Shown here one piece after another: positions 37,407 to 50,207 of a stretch of 64,000 bases of DNA. The stretch is from assembly GCA_004764695.1 (NCBI GenBank), contig SMSO01000036.1:2542001-2606000 (forward strand), in the 5' to 3' direction. The translations under genes were made by a program, and so were the position numbers. Each line of letters begins with the position of its first letter. Position 1 is the stretch's first letter. Origin of the DNA: Schizochytrium sp. TIO01 (lineage: Eukaryota > Protista > Bigyra: Labyrinthulomycetes). The notes below the pieces were generated by a model. It was not told where the DNA came from and did not search any database. It saw only the letters and a list, made by a program, of their open reading frames with translations.

Positions 37407-38316
37407 GCATCGTTATTACGAAAAAACAGTCACATTACTTACCTACCTATCTACACAATTCTATCCATCCTCTACCTTTTACTACTTTTACACAGCAAAC
37501 TCATCTTTCGACTTCAATCCTCAAAGAACTCACTACTTTTCGATTACAACCACCACTAGAGACATTAGAAAGAATGAAGCACACACAAGTACAAAAAGCA
37601 TTGTTTCTCATTTGTTTCATTTTCTTCCCTCTCCACTATCGTAACTTGTACTCAATTTTCGCCACGCTGCCTTCAGTAGCAAATACTTTAGCACACCAAG
37701 GATCGACGAAAGAAAATAGAAAATCACCATCGGACATTCAAGACCGCTCGTTAAAATGAGGATTAGCCTCTATCATCATCATGATTGGGCTATTTTCAAG
37801 AAAATACAAGGTCATAAGGACTGAGCTACTTGCAGGCTCTAAAACTCTAATACAAGCAATGTTTTAGAATATCAGTTTTCCCGGGGGAGTGGAGAAGAGG
37901 GCATCTCTTCTAATTTTCGTTGAACTATTTCGCTATTGAGTAAGATACAAGCTCAAGAGATGAACTTCTTTGCACAGGAATCGATTTGTTTCGACACGCA
38001 CTGTAGCTTGCTCTTCATACTTTGAATCTGCATTTCCTTGACATGAAGCTGTATCTAGAACTATCGCCGACACTATCTGCATGTTGAGTCTCGCCATCAG
38101 AAAGAGAAGCAAGCAACCTCTTTCGGTCAAGCAGCAAACCATAAGACTGGGCGATAGTCTTGGCAGATTGAAGCTCCACCAACGTTTGCCAAAATCCACT
38201 AAATCTCTCATCTAGTGAAATGATCTTTTTTTCATATGCAGCTCACCGAATTTTTGAGATTTGCTATCATAAGCAGATCCGTTAGTCAGCAAATAGATCT
38301 CTATGTTTCTGCTTAC

Positions 38317-38856
38317 TTCAATTGCTTCAAGGTGCTGTTCACTTCAATTGTTTCAGCAATATCTTCGCAACCGCTTGTACCAATTTGGTCGCCGCGCAGA
38401 TTACAAATTTGGTATATCAGAACGAAGCAAACCTATAAATCTCCATAGACCAACTCACTCAAGCGAAACCAGATAAGCATTCTGCTGCAAGGCTATAGCA
38501 AGTGTTGTGGCACCTTTAAACCCAATATTGTTTTTACTCAGACTACCTCTCCAAGGATGTAAACGTTAGACAGAATCATATAATGAACGGACCTGAACTA
38601 ACTTGAACTTTCTCATAGAGCTTGAGTGCTGGAGCATGCGAGCTATTGCCAGTATTGATGAGTTTCCGAGCTCCGTCTGAAACAAACTCTACCAATGAGA
38701 AATGATACTTGGCTTGTTGTTAGCAAGTGTCCATAACTATGCAAAGCTAAATATAGCGCACACTGCACTTACTTCAGTCCTTGCAACGTATCATTGTTTT
38801 CGAGTGCACGAGTGAGAGCTTCGATCTCGATTGTACTGAGTCTGGTTGCACCAAAA
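38317..38856 (-). pseudogene. RNase-inhibitor/NLRC3-type leucine-rich-repeat gene fragment with four 84-nt exons; probably decayed
   Basis: Exons 38856-38773, 38686-38603, 38542-38459 and 38400-38317 are each 84 nt with phase-2 donors (GTAAGT, GTTAGT, GTGAGT, GTAAGC). They encode 28-aa repeats such as 'LSKNNIGFKGATTLAIALQQNAYLVSL'. The last acceptor reads TAA instead of TAG. Confidence 0.8.
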
Positions 38857-41800
38857 CTAAGCACTCGTTATTTGCGAGAAGTATTTTCCAATCAATTCAC
38901 AGACAAAGGTGATTAAGTTCCCTTTTGTTTTGTAGTGGATCATTTCATTTGAAATCGAAGAATGTAGTCAAGCCTGCAAACTTCATCATAAGCAATTCTA
39001 TGCATGGCCTCATCTTGGGCTTCATTGGTCTAATTACTATCAACACTCCTTAGAGGAGAGGTTTTAGTTGCCATTCTACAACCGTGCTGTTTCGCAAAAG
39101 CTGGAGAAACGTAGCCAGTCGCATCTTTCCTCTTTTTATTGAAATTACTTGGAAATCTAGAATCAGCACCTACGAAGGACGTGGAGACAGTAATGTTTCG
39201 AAAAACGAATTTGCTTGCCACAATAGACCTATCACAAGATTTACCTTCGATCTTTGGGGAGACAAAATTGGCGAATAGCTTCCAATAAAAATTGTCTCCC
39301 TTTTAAAACTTGACATTAGCGACCCATAGTTGCGAGGGTTTGGGATAATTCGTCCTATTTGGCAGGCCTGATATGCGCCAAAAGATGATGAGTGGCTCAT
39401 AGACGCTATAAGCGTGATGAAAACCACCAACAAATAATGTGAACTCACAGACAGTCAGCATAGTGCCTCGAAGCTTTTGTGAAAAAACTTGTGGGCTCAG
39501 CTCCCTCTAATAAACAATCCTGGTATGTGAAGAACCATAGAAGAAGAGATGAAGACAGTGGGGAAATGAACCATTCAGTTTGCGAAAGACGCAGTCTGGG
39601 CTATTGTAAAAGTATCACGAGAGATAAGACTTATCGCAAAATGCTAAGGGTACTTAGTTTCTTTACATATTTGGATAAACATACTCTCACCGATCAGAGG
39701 CTATTCCTGTCAATCCTTTGACTTGAGTAGGGACTTACAACATTCACTCGTAAGTTGGACGAACAATTCAGAATATTATGTTACAATTTTATACAGTAAT
39801 GAATGCCTCTTAATACTTAATCTAGTTTATTTGATAGAGTTTTTTTACTATGAATTGTGAAAACATCGAAATTATATTTATACGTAAAGCCTCGGCTCGA
39901 TTTATAAAGTTTAAAAAAGCCAATTATTCAACCCAGATGGACTCGTATGGGAAATTAATATGCATGCCTTCTATTCGAGATTTTAAGATATGCGTTTCGG
40001 ACAATTACAGGTACATTTTATGGGCATTGTAGTAAGTTGGTTATATGCTGAAGAAAAAGGTCAAAACACAGTACAAGAGTGGGGGGGGCAGAATTCGGAT
40101 TGGCTTGTCTTTGAAAATAATTTTCATCTTATATGTATGCTTTTATTTTCTTTGTAAAACATGTCGATCATGGATACGTACATGCAAATAAGGTTGCGGT
40201 TATTATACAGATTCTTAATTATAAGTTCAGGTAGTTGCACTGATCACAGATATAGCACCTTGTCTTAAGCATGATTGTATAAAAACTTCTCTAAGCATAA
40301 GAAAACCTCATTTAAGTTTACAAAGGTTTAGCAGAACAATCGATATGACTTGCTCGCAAAGTATCTTCATTAGGAGCTATCATTTTATCATTTTCTTGAG
40401 GGTATCTGGCCTCTCAGTAGACAGGTCATATTGAGCAAGGGGCAAACCTAAATAAAGATATCAAGAGATTTGCTTTTGCTTCTGAAATTGAGGGTATTAC
40501 TACTTTTACTATGTGACAGTTTGATTTGCTACACCTTACTAAATAATACACTTCCTGGCTTAAAATTTAACCATTTAATCAATCTATAGTTTGAAAGTAA
40601 TATACAGCTAACCTAACCTAGCTCTCCTGTCCGAGACTCTCTAAGTCTGAGATGATACACACTCATCCTGCCTGTATGCAGATGCAAAACCCCAATTTTA
40701 TGAATATCCTCCTCCTTCTCTTTCCCCTGAGTTTGCCATCGTTATCGGACTATCTCTGCACGCTTCACTACGTAAGCGACTTTACAATAGATAGTATTCG
40801 CTGGAGTGAATGTATCAAACACCTTGCTTTGTGAAATGGTTAACTCGGCCGTTGGTTTTGATGTTCTGAAATCGCTGAGGTTCCCTATCGAAGGTTCATG
40901 TGGTCAAGACATTTTCCGGGTCCTTAGTTTACTACTATAAGGTCAAAGCTACTAGGGATTGTATATAGACTATCAGATACAAAATTGTGACAGAGCACTA
41001 CACAATTATAGGAAAATGTGGGGGCAAACTATTGGCTGAGGGTTGAGGAAACAAATTTGCTTATCTCCTTGACTTCTATTCTATGTAATGCTGTCTTAGT
41101 TTCCTAATTAGAATATGAACAAGCCCGCTTTGGTGTTCATCTCCAAGGCCAGCAAATCACCAATTCTACAATACCTTCCTCAGTCTAATCATGTATTCCA
41201 AATTCGTGATGTCATCCTCCCAATAAATCTCTGGCTGATCAAGAATTAGCATTCAATAGAAATATCAAATTTAGACATTTGAATGGCAATAAAGGCGCAT
41301 TCAAGTTCTCCTTCGGATTATATGTCTTTACTTCTTGATAGTCATAGCTTCATTTTGTCGGTCTGTCTCTGTGAGTATAAAACACACATCTCAGAATGTA
41401 TTTTAGAGATGGTATGATGTCTTATTTTTTTTTAGCACTGTAGGCTTTTGAGTCTAAACCAGGCAACTCATTGCAATTGAACAACGACAAGTTTCTTTAA
41501 TACTTTTCTTTTCTTGTAGAGGTTGCCCTAGAACGCGATTCTGCATTGCTATGCTACTTTAGTGCTTAGAATTAAAAAAGAAAAAAGAAAATCTACTTTT
41601 GCAAATGTTTTGAATTTTTACTTTGTATGGATATATAAAATCATGAAAATGCCAGGTTTCAATAGACTATGCCTAGATGCTTTAGAAAATTCTAAAGTGT
41701 GTCACGACTATAGTGGATTTCTACATCCATGGGTCTCTGCTTTGTAAATATTTGAGGTTCCGTTAAAAACAATATTGACTCCTGGTTTCTGCTTCCAATT

Positions 41801-44800
41801 TTCCCCTTTTACTTTCAATTTTCAACACTACGAAGGACTCGTTTATGTCAAAATTTCTCTCCAGTTGCAGTTACAAACCTTACGTTTGTGGCAGATAAAA
41901 TAGGGCTGAGCGATCCGTCCGGAGCACTGTGCGTGGTACTGGGTAGTTCCAGGGACCTTTTTCATTTCAGTGCGGAGCACTACTAATACATGCAGTTCTC
42001 TCCACCGTTCTTTCATTCGACAAACATTCTTGGAACTTGATTGGACATCTCGAGCGACCTTGGGAGTGCGATTGCCAGCCAGGATTGCAGTCAATCTCGT
42101 GCGTGGCGTCCGAAGACGCGGGTAGATTGGAAGGCAAATACCAATGGCAGATGTATTAGAACACAAGTTCAAGTGGTGGAGACTCTTTAACACACTTTTA
42201 GTCTTTTAATATTTTTTCTTCTTTTTTGATGGGCCTGTCATTCATTGACGCCCAGCTCGATCTGCGTTCGAATGGGTCTTACAGCTCTGGCTGTAGGCAC
42301 GGCGCCGTTCTCGATGCGTTCGGGCCGTTTCAAATAAGTAGACTCTGCCCGCACAGCTCTGCGGACGCTTTGAAAAGTACCAGCACCGAGTCGTGCTTTT
42401 GATTGGTAGGAGAGATCTGCAAAGTTCCTCGATTTCTGCGACGCAAGAAAGACCTTGGTCCTATACGTCAAAGTCCACATGTGTCGCAAAGGGTGAGTGG
42501 AATAGTTGAAAAACACAAGTTTTCTCATTTAATTTAGGGGATACCTAGGTACCTACTTACCTACATACATGCCCACCTACAGCTGGAGAAATTCGAAAGG
42601 AATGTGTAATTGGCACTCTATTTGAGCTCTTGCTTGGAGATGAATTGCCTTTGCAAAAAGCCCTGCACTCCCTTGTAAAAACATGGGCATATTTTCTCAA
42701 AGCCTGGACCACAGTTCGTCTTACAAGATGAAATTGCGAGAATGTAGGTACTGCTATCAGCCCAAAATGGATGTGTGATGGGAAGGCTGTGCTCGCCTGC
42801 TTATTTCAGATAGTACCTGGAACCCCCAAGTCTTTGGAGCCAGACAGTCAACGAAGTTGCTTCTGGTTTCATTTAGACCAGCAAAATGAGTGCAAAGCCT
42901 AGTTGCTTTTGCGACGCCTACCTGTCTACTCTTAATTAGTGGCACTCAAAAACAATCATTCATCACTCGAGTTTCGTATCGTAGAGTTGCAAAAAACTAT
43001 ACTACTGCTAGTGCTTGGTAGGAAAGCCCGCATTTAGAAATCTCAGAAAACGCCTAGCGGCGAGAAAGTTCCCTGTCCTAAATTACTTTATAACAAACCA
43101 AAGCAAAGAAGAGTGGACTTGGAAACATTTCGATCTTCATCCAAGCATCCCTGCTGTTTTACGAAAAAGCAATCGGCGCCGAGTTCTTTCAGTGGCGGCT
43201 GATATCCTTCGGACGCTGCATTATGAAAGAAATACGGAACTCGCAACACAAAGCGCAAACCCAACAACGCTACCTACTAGATGATACATAGATACTCGTG
43301 TGGGTTTGTGTAAGCCCTCTGCCAGCCTGGCTAGAGGCCATCCATTTGCGTCCCATCACAATTCTTCCTCAGTTATGTGACAATCTGAATTTAGAGTAAG
43401 ATAGTACTGTTAATTGTAGAGCACTAGCAAGTGCTTAGATATCAGTAATCCTTAGGCAGTACCAGAGATTAGAGTCGTAGTATTAGGTCTACTATTATTC
43501 CCTTTTAAAATCTCTTTACCCTCAAGTCACGAAAAGATCGCTTCGCATCTTTTGCTTGCTTCAAGTCAAATATAATAAAATATAGGAATAAGAATAAGGG
43601 AATAATTGGTGGAAATGGAATGGTTTTTTACCGCCAGTAGCACGCATTCTGAAAGTTAACAAGAGCTGATCCATTAAAGTTTTCACTCGCTCGGTTTCTG
43701 ACCATAAGACAGATAACCTCGCAACAGTCTCCATAGGTTGACCTGCAATTTGGATGCTGCTGCTCTTGTGCTCTTTTGATCTGATCCCCTTCAGACATTT
43801 TGCATCTCTCTTCGAGATTCGGTCAATGTCATAAAGCAGTAAATATATTTATTTGTTGATCTCTGATTGTAGTGATAATTTATCAGCGCAAGATTGATCA
43901 TCGGCCCCAACTTCTTCATTTTCGCCGTCCCAAGCGATCTTGAAGGGGGCCCTCTTCGTACGGGGGCTGTAGCGACAAACCTTTCGAGTCTTGTGGCTGT
44001 CGTTTGGTATCTTCGCCAAGAGACCGGCCCAACCGCGATTAAGATGAACACGATCAAGTTTATGATTGCAGCAGCAGCGTCAACACACAAGTTGACCTGC
44101 CTGAGAACTTGAATCTGACAGCCAAGTACCTAATTACTACTTACTATAGCAATATTTAGTAGGACTGATAACGTCATCGAGATAAAGGATATATACCACC
44201 ATAGATATCATGTGAGCTTTTTCAAAATTATTATAAAATAATAACACTAATCATAAAACTATCATTGAAGTTTTACAATTACCATTTTTTTTGTTTTTGT
44301 TCAAAGTAATTAAAAAAAGAAGGAAAAATAAAGAGAGAAGATCGCTCGACACGTGCGAGTATATCCATTTTACTCTCCTCTTGCTGCATTCACGGTCGAA
44401 AGAGCGGTATTTCCTACGTCTTAACTGTCTGGTGATGGCATCCGCGGTGTTAATGCAGTTTCTCAAAGTACTTAAGTACGTACTAAATGCGTTTTTGCAC
44501 CACTCTGATTACTCACTTTAGTTTTAAATTAAAATATATAAATCGATCATTAAAATAAATATTTCAAATACGTAGTGATCGAATAGGCTGACCTGATCAT
44601 GAAAGATTCATTGGTTCGATGAGGTAGCTATCCCTGATTAGCTAAGAACTAATAGGGCACCATTGTGTGCTTGCTTGCGCGATACGTGTCGTTCGCGCGA
44701 TCTTGGCAGCTTGCCGAAGTATTTGTTTTCTATTGTTGTCGACAGAGCAAAACTTGTCCGACAGCAACAATGTGTCCAAAGAAAGTCAAGGGGGCTTCGT

Positions 44801-46910
44801 TTCGGGCCTCAAGCTGCGGTGTGATCAGCTCACCAAAGAGGATAGCAGACTCAGAGGTAAGTAACTTGCTTGCTCAACACAATGTGATTATTTTGGCTTG
44901 GGTTTTTACCAATTAACTTATTTTACCTCTGACGGTGAGAGTGCAATTCCACCTGCACACACTTAGAAGGATTTGCAAAGCTACACATGTAAAGGGTCAA
45001 AACGTGACGATGATGTGCGCACCTAGCTACCTAGGTAGAGGCTCAAATCAATTCTAAGAACTGACTCTGCTGATGTTCAGAGTTTGCTGTCCGAGAGAGC
45101 ACCTACAAATTAGTCGCCGCTCTTCAGTTGAGCTTGATCACTTTCATGAGACTAATGATGAGCTTTTGCAATACCAAGGATGGCCTCTAATTCGAGCTCG
45201 CTGACGTGTTGCCTATAAACTCACTTGCTTTCGCCAGATATATTCCTGCTGCTTTAAATTCAAGGTCGTTGCGCACCTCAAATTTGGGTGAGACATCTTC
45301 ACCGCAGCGAATTTTGCATGCATCTCAATCCACTTTGATCCCTGTTCAATTGAGGGGCGAAGACGTCCTCCTGCATTCTCGATGAATATCAGGCTCACGA
45401 TGTGAAAGTTCGAGCATGCTTTTCATCTCATTTCCTTTTCACCGTAAGCTCAAGTTGTCGCCAATGACTTGGACGTCCGCCTGAGAATTCAAGTTCTGAC
45501 GCCGAGCCTCCTTCACCGAGAAACCCGCCGCCAGACGGCTTCGTGTCGGACGCCGAGCGGATGGTTGGGAGCTGGTCGGGGAGCGAATTTGCTGGCCTCA
45601 TGACGTAAAGAGACAGTGTTTACATATTACCTCTCCATCGATACCCACTTTCCTGAGCATTATTATGTCACGGTTTTAACATAGCACGATGATGGACCCC
45701 ATTGGATTTGATTGACTTTTGATGTTGGTAAAGAATGGTTCGAGTACTACTATTTTATACATACAACTTGCATTCTTCTATATATTTCATAAAAACGTAC
45801 CTACTATCTACGTTGAGAATCATCGAAAGTAAAAAAAAACAAAAACAATAACAGTAGTTAGGCACTTCTGCACTAACCTACTTCGTACTGTCTCGAACTA
45901 TAGTATAATTCAAGTTCTTGGCGTCGTTCGCAGAATGTGCTTTGCTCACCACAAGTCGAGATTCCCGGCTTTGAATTAGCGTTTTGGTTAGATACATGGC
46001 TAATAGAGGAGGGGAAACTCGAAAGGCAATTCTGAAAGAATTGAACACTTTTTCACTTTGGATAAAAACCTTTTGAAATAGAAATAGAATTAGAAATGAC
46101 TCGAATTTTATTTTCAATTTTTTAATCTTGATTATGAAAATTAAGACATTCATGTCGAAGATCGGTTTGAGGATAGTTAGTGCCCGAGCCAAGAAGAGCA
46201 ACTTAAAGAACACAAGGCTCGCATCATCGAACTCCCGTCCTGAGCGGTCTCTGAGTGATAGCTTTAGATGAAACCTTCGCGTATGAATGATAACGAAACG
46301 CAAATCATGGGAAACTTTGCGTTGTCGTGGTGCCTAGGTACTTTGTCCACGAGTTATTGAATCTTCAACATTCGATTCCCACGTTATTTCTTTTTCTCCT
46401 CCTTCTAGTAATCTTAAAAAATAAATAAACCAAAGTGAGTTTAGAAAAAATAAAATTAATCGGTATGCTCTATTTTGGTAATCTATTCCTACTCCTACTC
46501 TTACCCATAGCTCAGTCCTAACCTACCATCGAGGCTGTAGTAGCACATTGGCAGTTCCTGATCAAATTGAAAAGCCCGACGCTCGCTCATCGTGAAGTTC
46601 GAGCTGCTTCGAAAGCATGTTCTAGAGTGAATATATCACGCACGCTTTTACACGCGGTCGCCTTCTTTTACACACGGAGCTGTAAACCTATTCGTTCACG
46701 AATTCATTTCTTGATCGATAAGTTGGCTCCTGCATCTCAGCTGTTACCTGAGACCTAAGGGGGAAATCTGTGAGCGCTTGTGTAAAACTACGGCTGAACG
46801 CAATAGAGTGAAAGAGCACATGTGTTGACGATGCTGCAACTCCAACGTCGAGCGGAGTACTTCGCTGTACAAGCAGGCGGCCTTTGCCGATGGGGCGAAT
46901 TATGAGGGTT

Positions 46911-46968
46911 GAATGACTGACTGACTGAATGACTGACTGACTGACTGAATAAATGTATGAATGACTGA
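46911..46968. repeat. Compound (GACT)/(GAAT) microsatellite
   Basis: Seen directly. Confidence 0.9.
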
Positions 46969-49900
46969 GCTACTCACTGACTAAACGACTTCCTGAGTAA
47001 GTCGGCGTCTGCTGTTTAGTTTACCTGCCTTACGAAATGACTGACTAAGAATAAGTTTCGATTTCGCGCCTCCTTCATAGGAGCTACCTACCTGTTATAA
47101 GGTAGTGCCCCTTCCTCTCTCCCAGTCAAACTCACAAAAACAAAACCCAAAACTAATTAAGTAATTTATGAATTTATTATTAGTTATTTATTTGTTTGTT
47201 TATTATTTTGATATCGAAAAAGAAAAAGGTCTGTTTCATGACAATTGTTGTTATGGATGAGTGAGTGATTAACAGATTGAGTGGCTAAGAGCAACCTCTT
47301 TCTTTCCCGAGAAGCGACGAATGCTTTGGCTGCTCTGGCCGGCAACGGCGCGGCTCCCGCTCGCTGGATCGAGCTCGAGCAGAGTCCGGCCGGGCCGCTA
47401 GCAAGAAGACAGAAGTTTGCCGCTACCCAAAGACAGAAGACCCTTCCATGTGCTGCGTCGGCAGACGAGTTTGTTGGTTGAAGGGGCTTCGAAGCGAGTC
47501 GAGGTTCGACTTACTGGGTAGTAGGTAGGTCTACTGACTAATAACTGTAGGGGGAATAGCTGACTGGAAAGAAGTGTCCCTCGTAGATTCGTCGTCACTG
47601 GGAATTGGAGTGATGGTTGTTGATTGATGAAGCATTTAATAGATGTCGTAGGTAGGTACGCTGGTACGCACTTACCTACTGATGATGACGATGCTGGCGC
47701 TGATTGCATTCCTATTCGCGCACCTTTGATGAGTTCCCAAGGTGTTTTATAAAAATGTTTCTTTGGGTTTGTTTATTTGTTTCGTCTAAAGACAAAAGTT
47801 TCCAAGTGATGTTAAAAAAGAAAAAAGTAAGAAGAAATCATTTTGTGCCAGTGAACTATGATGAAAGTTGTGGATGGCAGCAAGCTCCAAGATGATGGTT
47901 GGGTTGTCTACATTTCCGTTCAACTATGTTAGCTTAACGACCGCCCAGAACCTGAAAAATTAAAAGTCTGGGAGGCATCAGAACTCCAAGAAGCACCGTG
48001 TTCAACGTGCAGCCGATGGGGGTTCTCTTTGCAATGCAAACTGGTCCAAGAAGTAGACCATTTCCAAAACCCTTGCAGGCGTGACGATGAGTAAGATGTG
48101 TTTTGGTCTTTAAAGTGATCCACATCAGAATGTTATGAATTCTACGACAAGAATGCCAGAATACCAATTATGAAGGTTTGCAGAAGATGTTAGACAATCC
48201 GACTATTGTTGAGTGCAGCTCTTATGATCTTCGAGAGACGAAACCGACGGTGAAGTTCGCATACTTGAAACAAACTATTAAAGTCACATGTATACATACA
48301 AACACCAATGCAGTTGTCTATTATGCCTGCCTGCCTGCATGCATACATGCATGCACGCCCGCGCGATTTAGCCTGGGTTTCAAGCTACTCAGAAGAAAGG
48401 CTCATGAACGACTTGAACAGCTCACCATCTGCTTTCCCACCTTTTGTTGCAACCAGGAGAGTAAGGAACGATTGTACTTGTCCGCAACTCGACTCGAGTT
48501 TGCACTCTCCCGAATTCGTTGTTGAGATCCACTCGATGTTCAAACGAAAAGAGGAGAAGAAGAACTGAGAACTCGAACTCCGCGTAGTAGTTCTCATCGA
48601 ATGATCTGATGCGATTCACAGGCTTTCTGAAACATATTAAAAAAAGAAAAAGAAATATGCTTTCAAAGACAAATATCGGGGGGAAATGTAAAAGTCGATC
48701 GCTCATCACCTGGACTTTGGCGAGCCTTGCGAAGCAAGAAACCTGTCCAAGCATCCATCGAGCGAGTCAGCGAATCGGATCGTCGGCCATAGAGATTTCA
48801 AGAAGCAATTAGCCTCAAACTTGCTTTGGCCCAGTTCGCTAGCCCTCGCCCCTTCCTGGATTGTGCAAATTACACTTCTCGTTCTCGTTTTTAAAAGCCC
48901 ACCTTTCATTTCTTCTGCTTGAAAGAGAATAGTTTAGCGTTAAAAAATAAAATAAAATCATTTTTATTTTATTTTTTTAATTTCGTGGATTAAAAAAAAA
49001 ATATAGATGGCAATGTTTGCTTAGTTGAGAGTTGTTTCTTGACAATTACCTCTCTCTGACCTTTAAAGAAGTTCAAAGGGCGACCTACCTTCTCAGTCTT
49101 CGCTAATAGTGAATCGCCCTGATCGCAATCCATAGCGAATGGTTTCAATAGATCTGTTTATGTATAAGAATAAGAATGTTCATGTGGAATACCTAGTTTC
49201 TCGGTGGGCGACTAGATTCTGTATACCTAATAGATAGATATGTACTTACTAAATACTTGAATAATTTTTAGTTCTTTTAAAATATATATATATCGTACTT
49301 TATACTAATAATAATAATAAGTACTAGTACCTACCTACCCAGCAGCCTATTATAGTATTCCAGGCCAAAGACTTTATTCAGTTTTCGGTTCCTACTCCGA
49401 TGAAAGGCGATGAATGATGAGCTAGAATGGGCTACAGTGGTTCTGACGACTAGCAGCGTGAACCGCTATGGCTGCTGCTGTTTTGGGAGAGAGGTACGCA
49501 GAGAGATATTGAACGAAGGTCTTTTCTGGCTAGGATGCTGTTCTGATGAGACATTATTCTACAGGTGTTACCACGCTTTTTCTTTCTCTTTCTCTTTTTG
49601 TTTTTTTGATTTTTTGTTTTTTGTCTTTTTCCTCAGTCGTCATAAAATAGGGACTGTAGGGAAGATTAAATAAGAATTCCTCTGAAGTACAGTCTGCTAG
49701 GGACGGTATAGAGTAACCCATAGAAACAAACTGGCGGCAGGCATAGTTTTACTTTTATCCTTCAAAGAAGGTTTATAATTTTTTCTCTGCCTCTGCTAGG
49801 AAACATCCAACTTATAAAGTAAAAATTAAAATTAAAATAGAAACTATGAGAGGAAGTGAAAGAATAAGACGACCCAACAAAAAGGAGAATAAAAAAGAGA

Positions 49901-50207
49901 GGTCTGAGGGCGTTTGAGTGGACGCGGAGGACCTGTCCTATAGGTATCTTAGCAGATCCTAGTACATTTCGCGAGGCTTGTAAAATCGCCTGCTCTGCCT
50001 TCGAGCGCCAGGAGCAGCAAATCGCGATTGTCATCGATCGTGAGGAAGCGAGCAGAAAGGCTTTGCTCCCGCGAACCTACCGAGGAATATATAGAAAGCA
50101 CCATCAGCAGAGAAGCTGGTGACAAGCAAGCAAGCAAGCAAGCAAACAAGCAATACTAATATCTAATTGAGTTGATTCATTCGTCGTATTACGTTTGATC
50201 AAGCAAC

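Noticed and set aside
41500-50100. Long gene-poor stretch upstream of the PKS with many 60-140-aa ORFs and scattered GTTCGA motifs
   Set aside because: No codon bias or domain motifs, and no tRNA cloverleaf could be built by eye; treated as intergenic.
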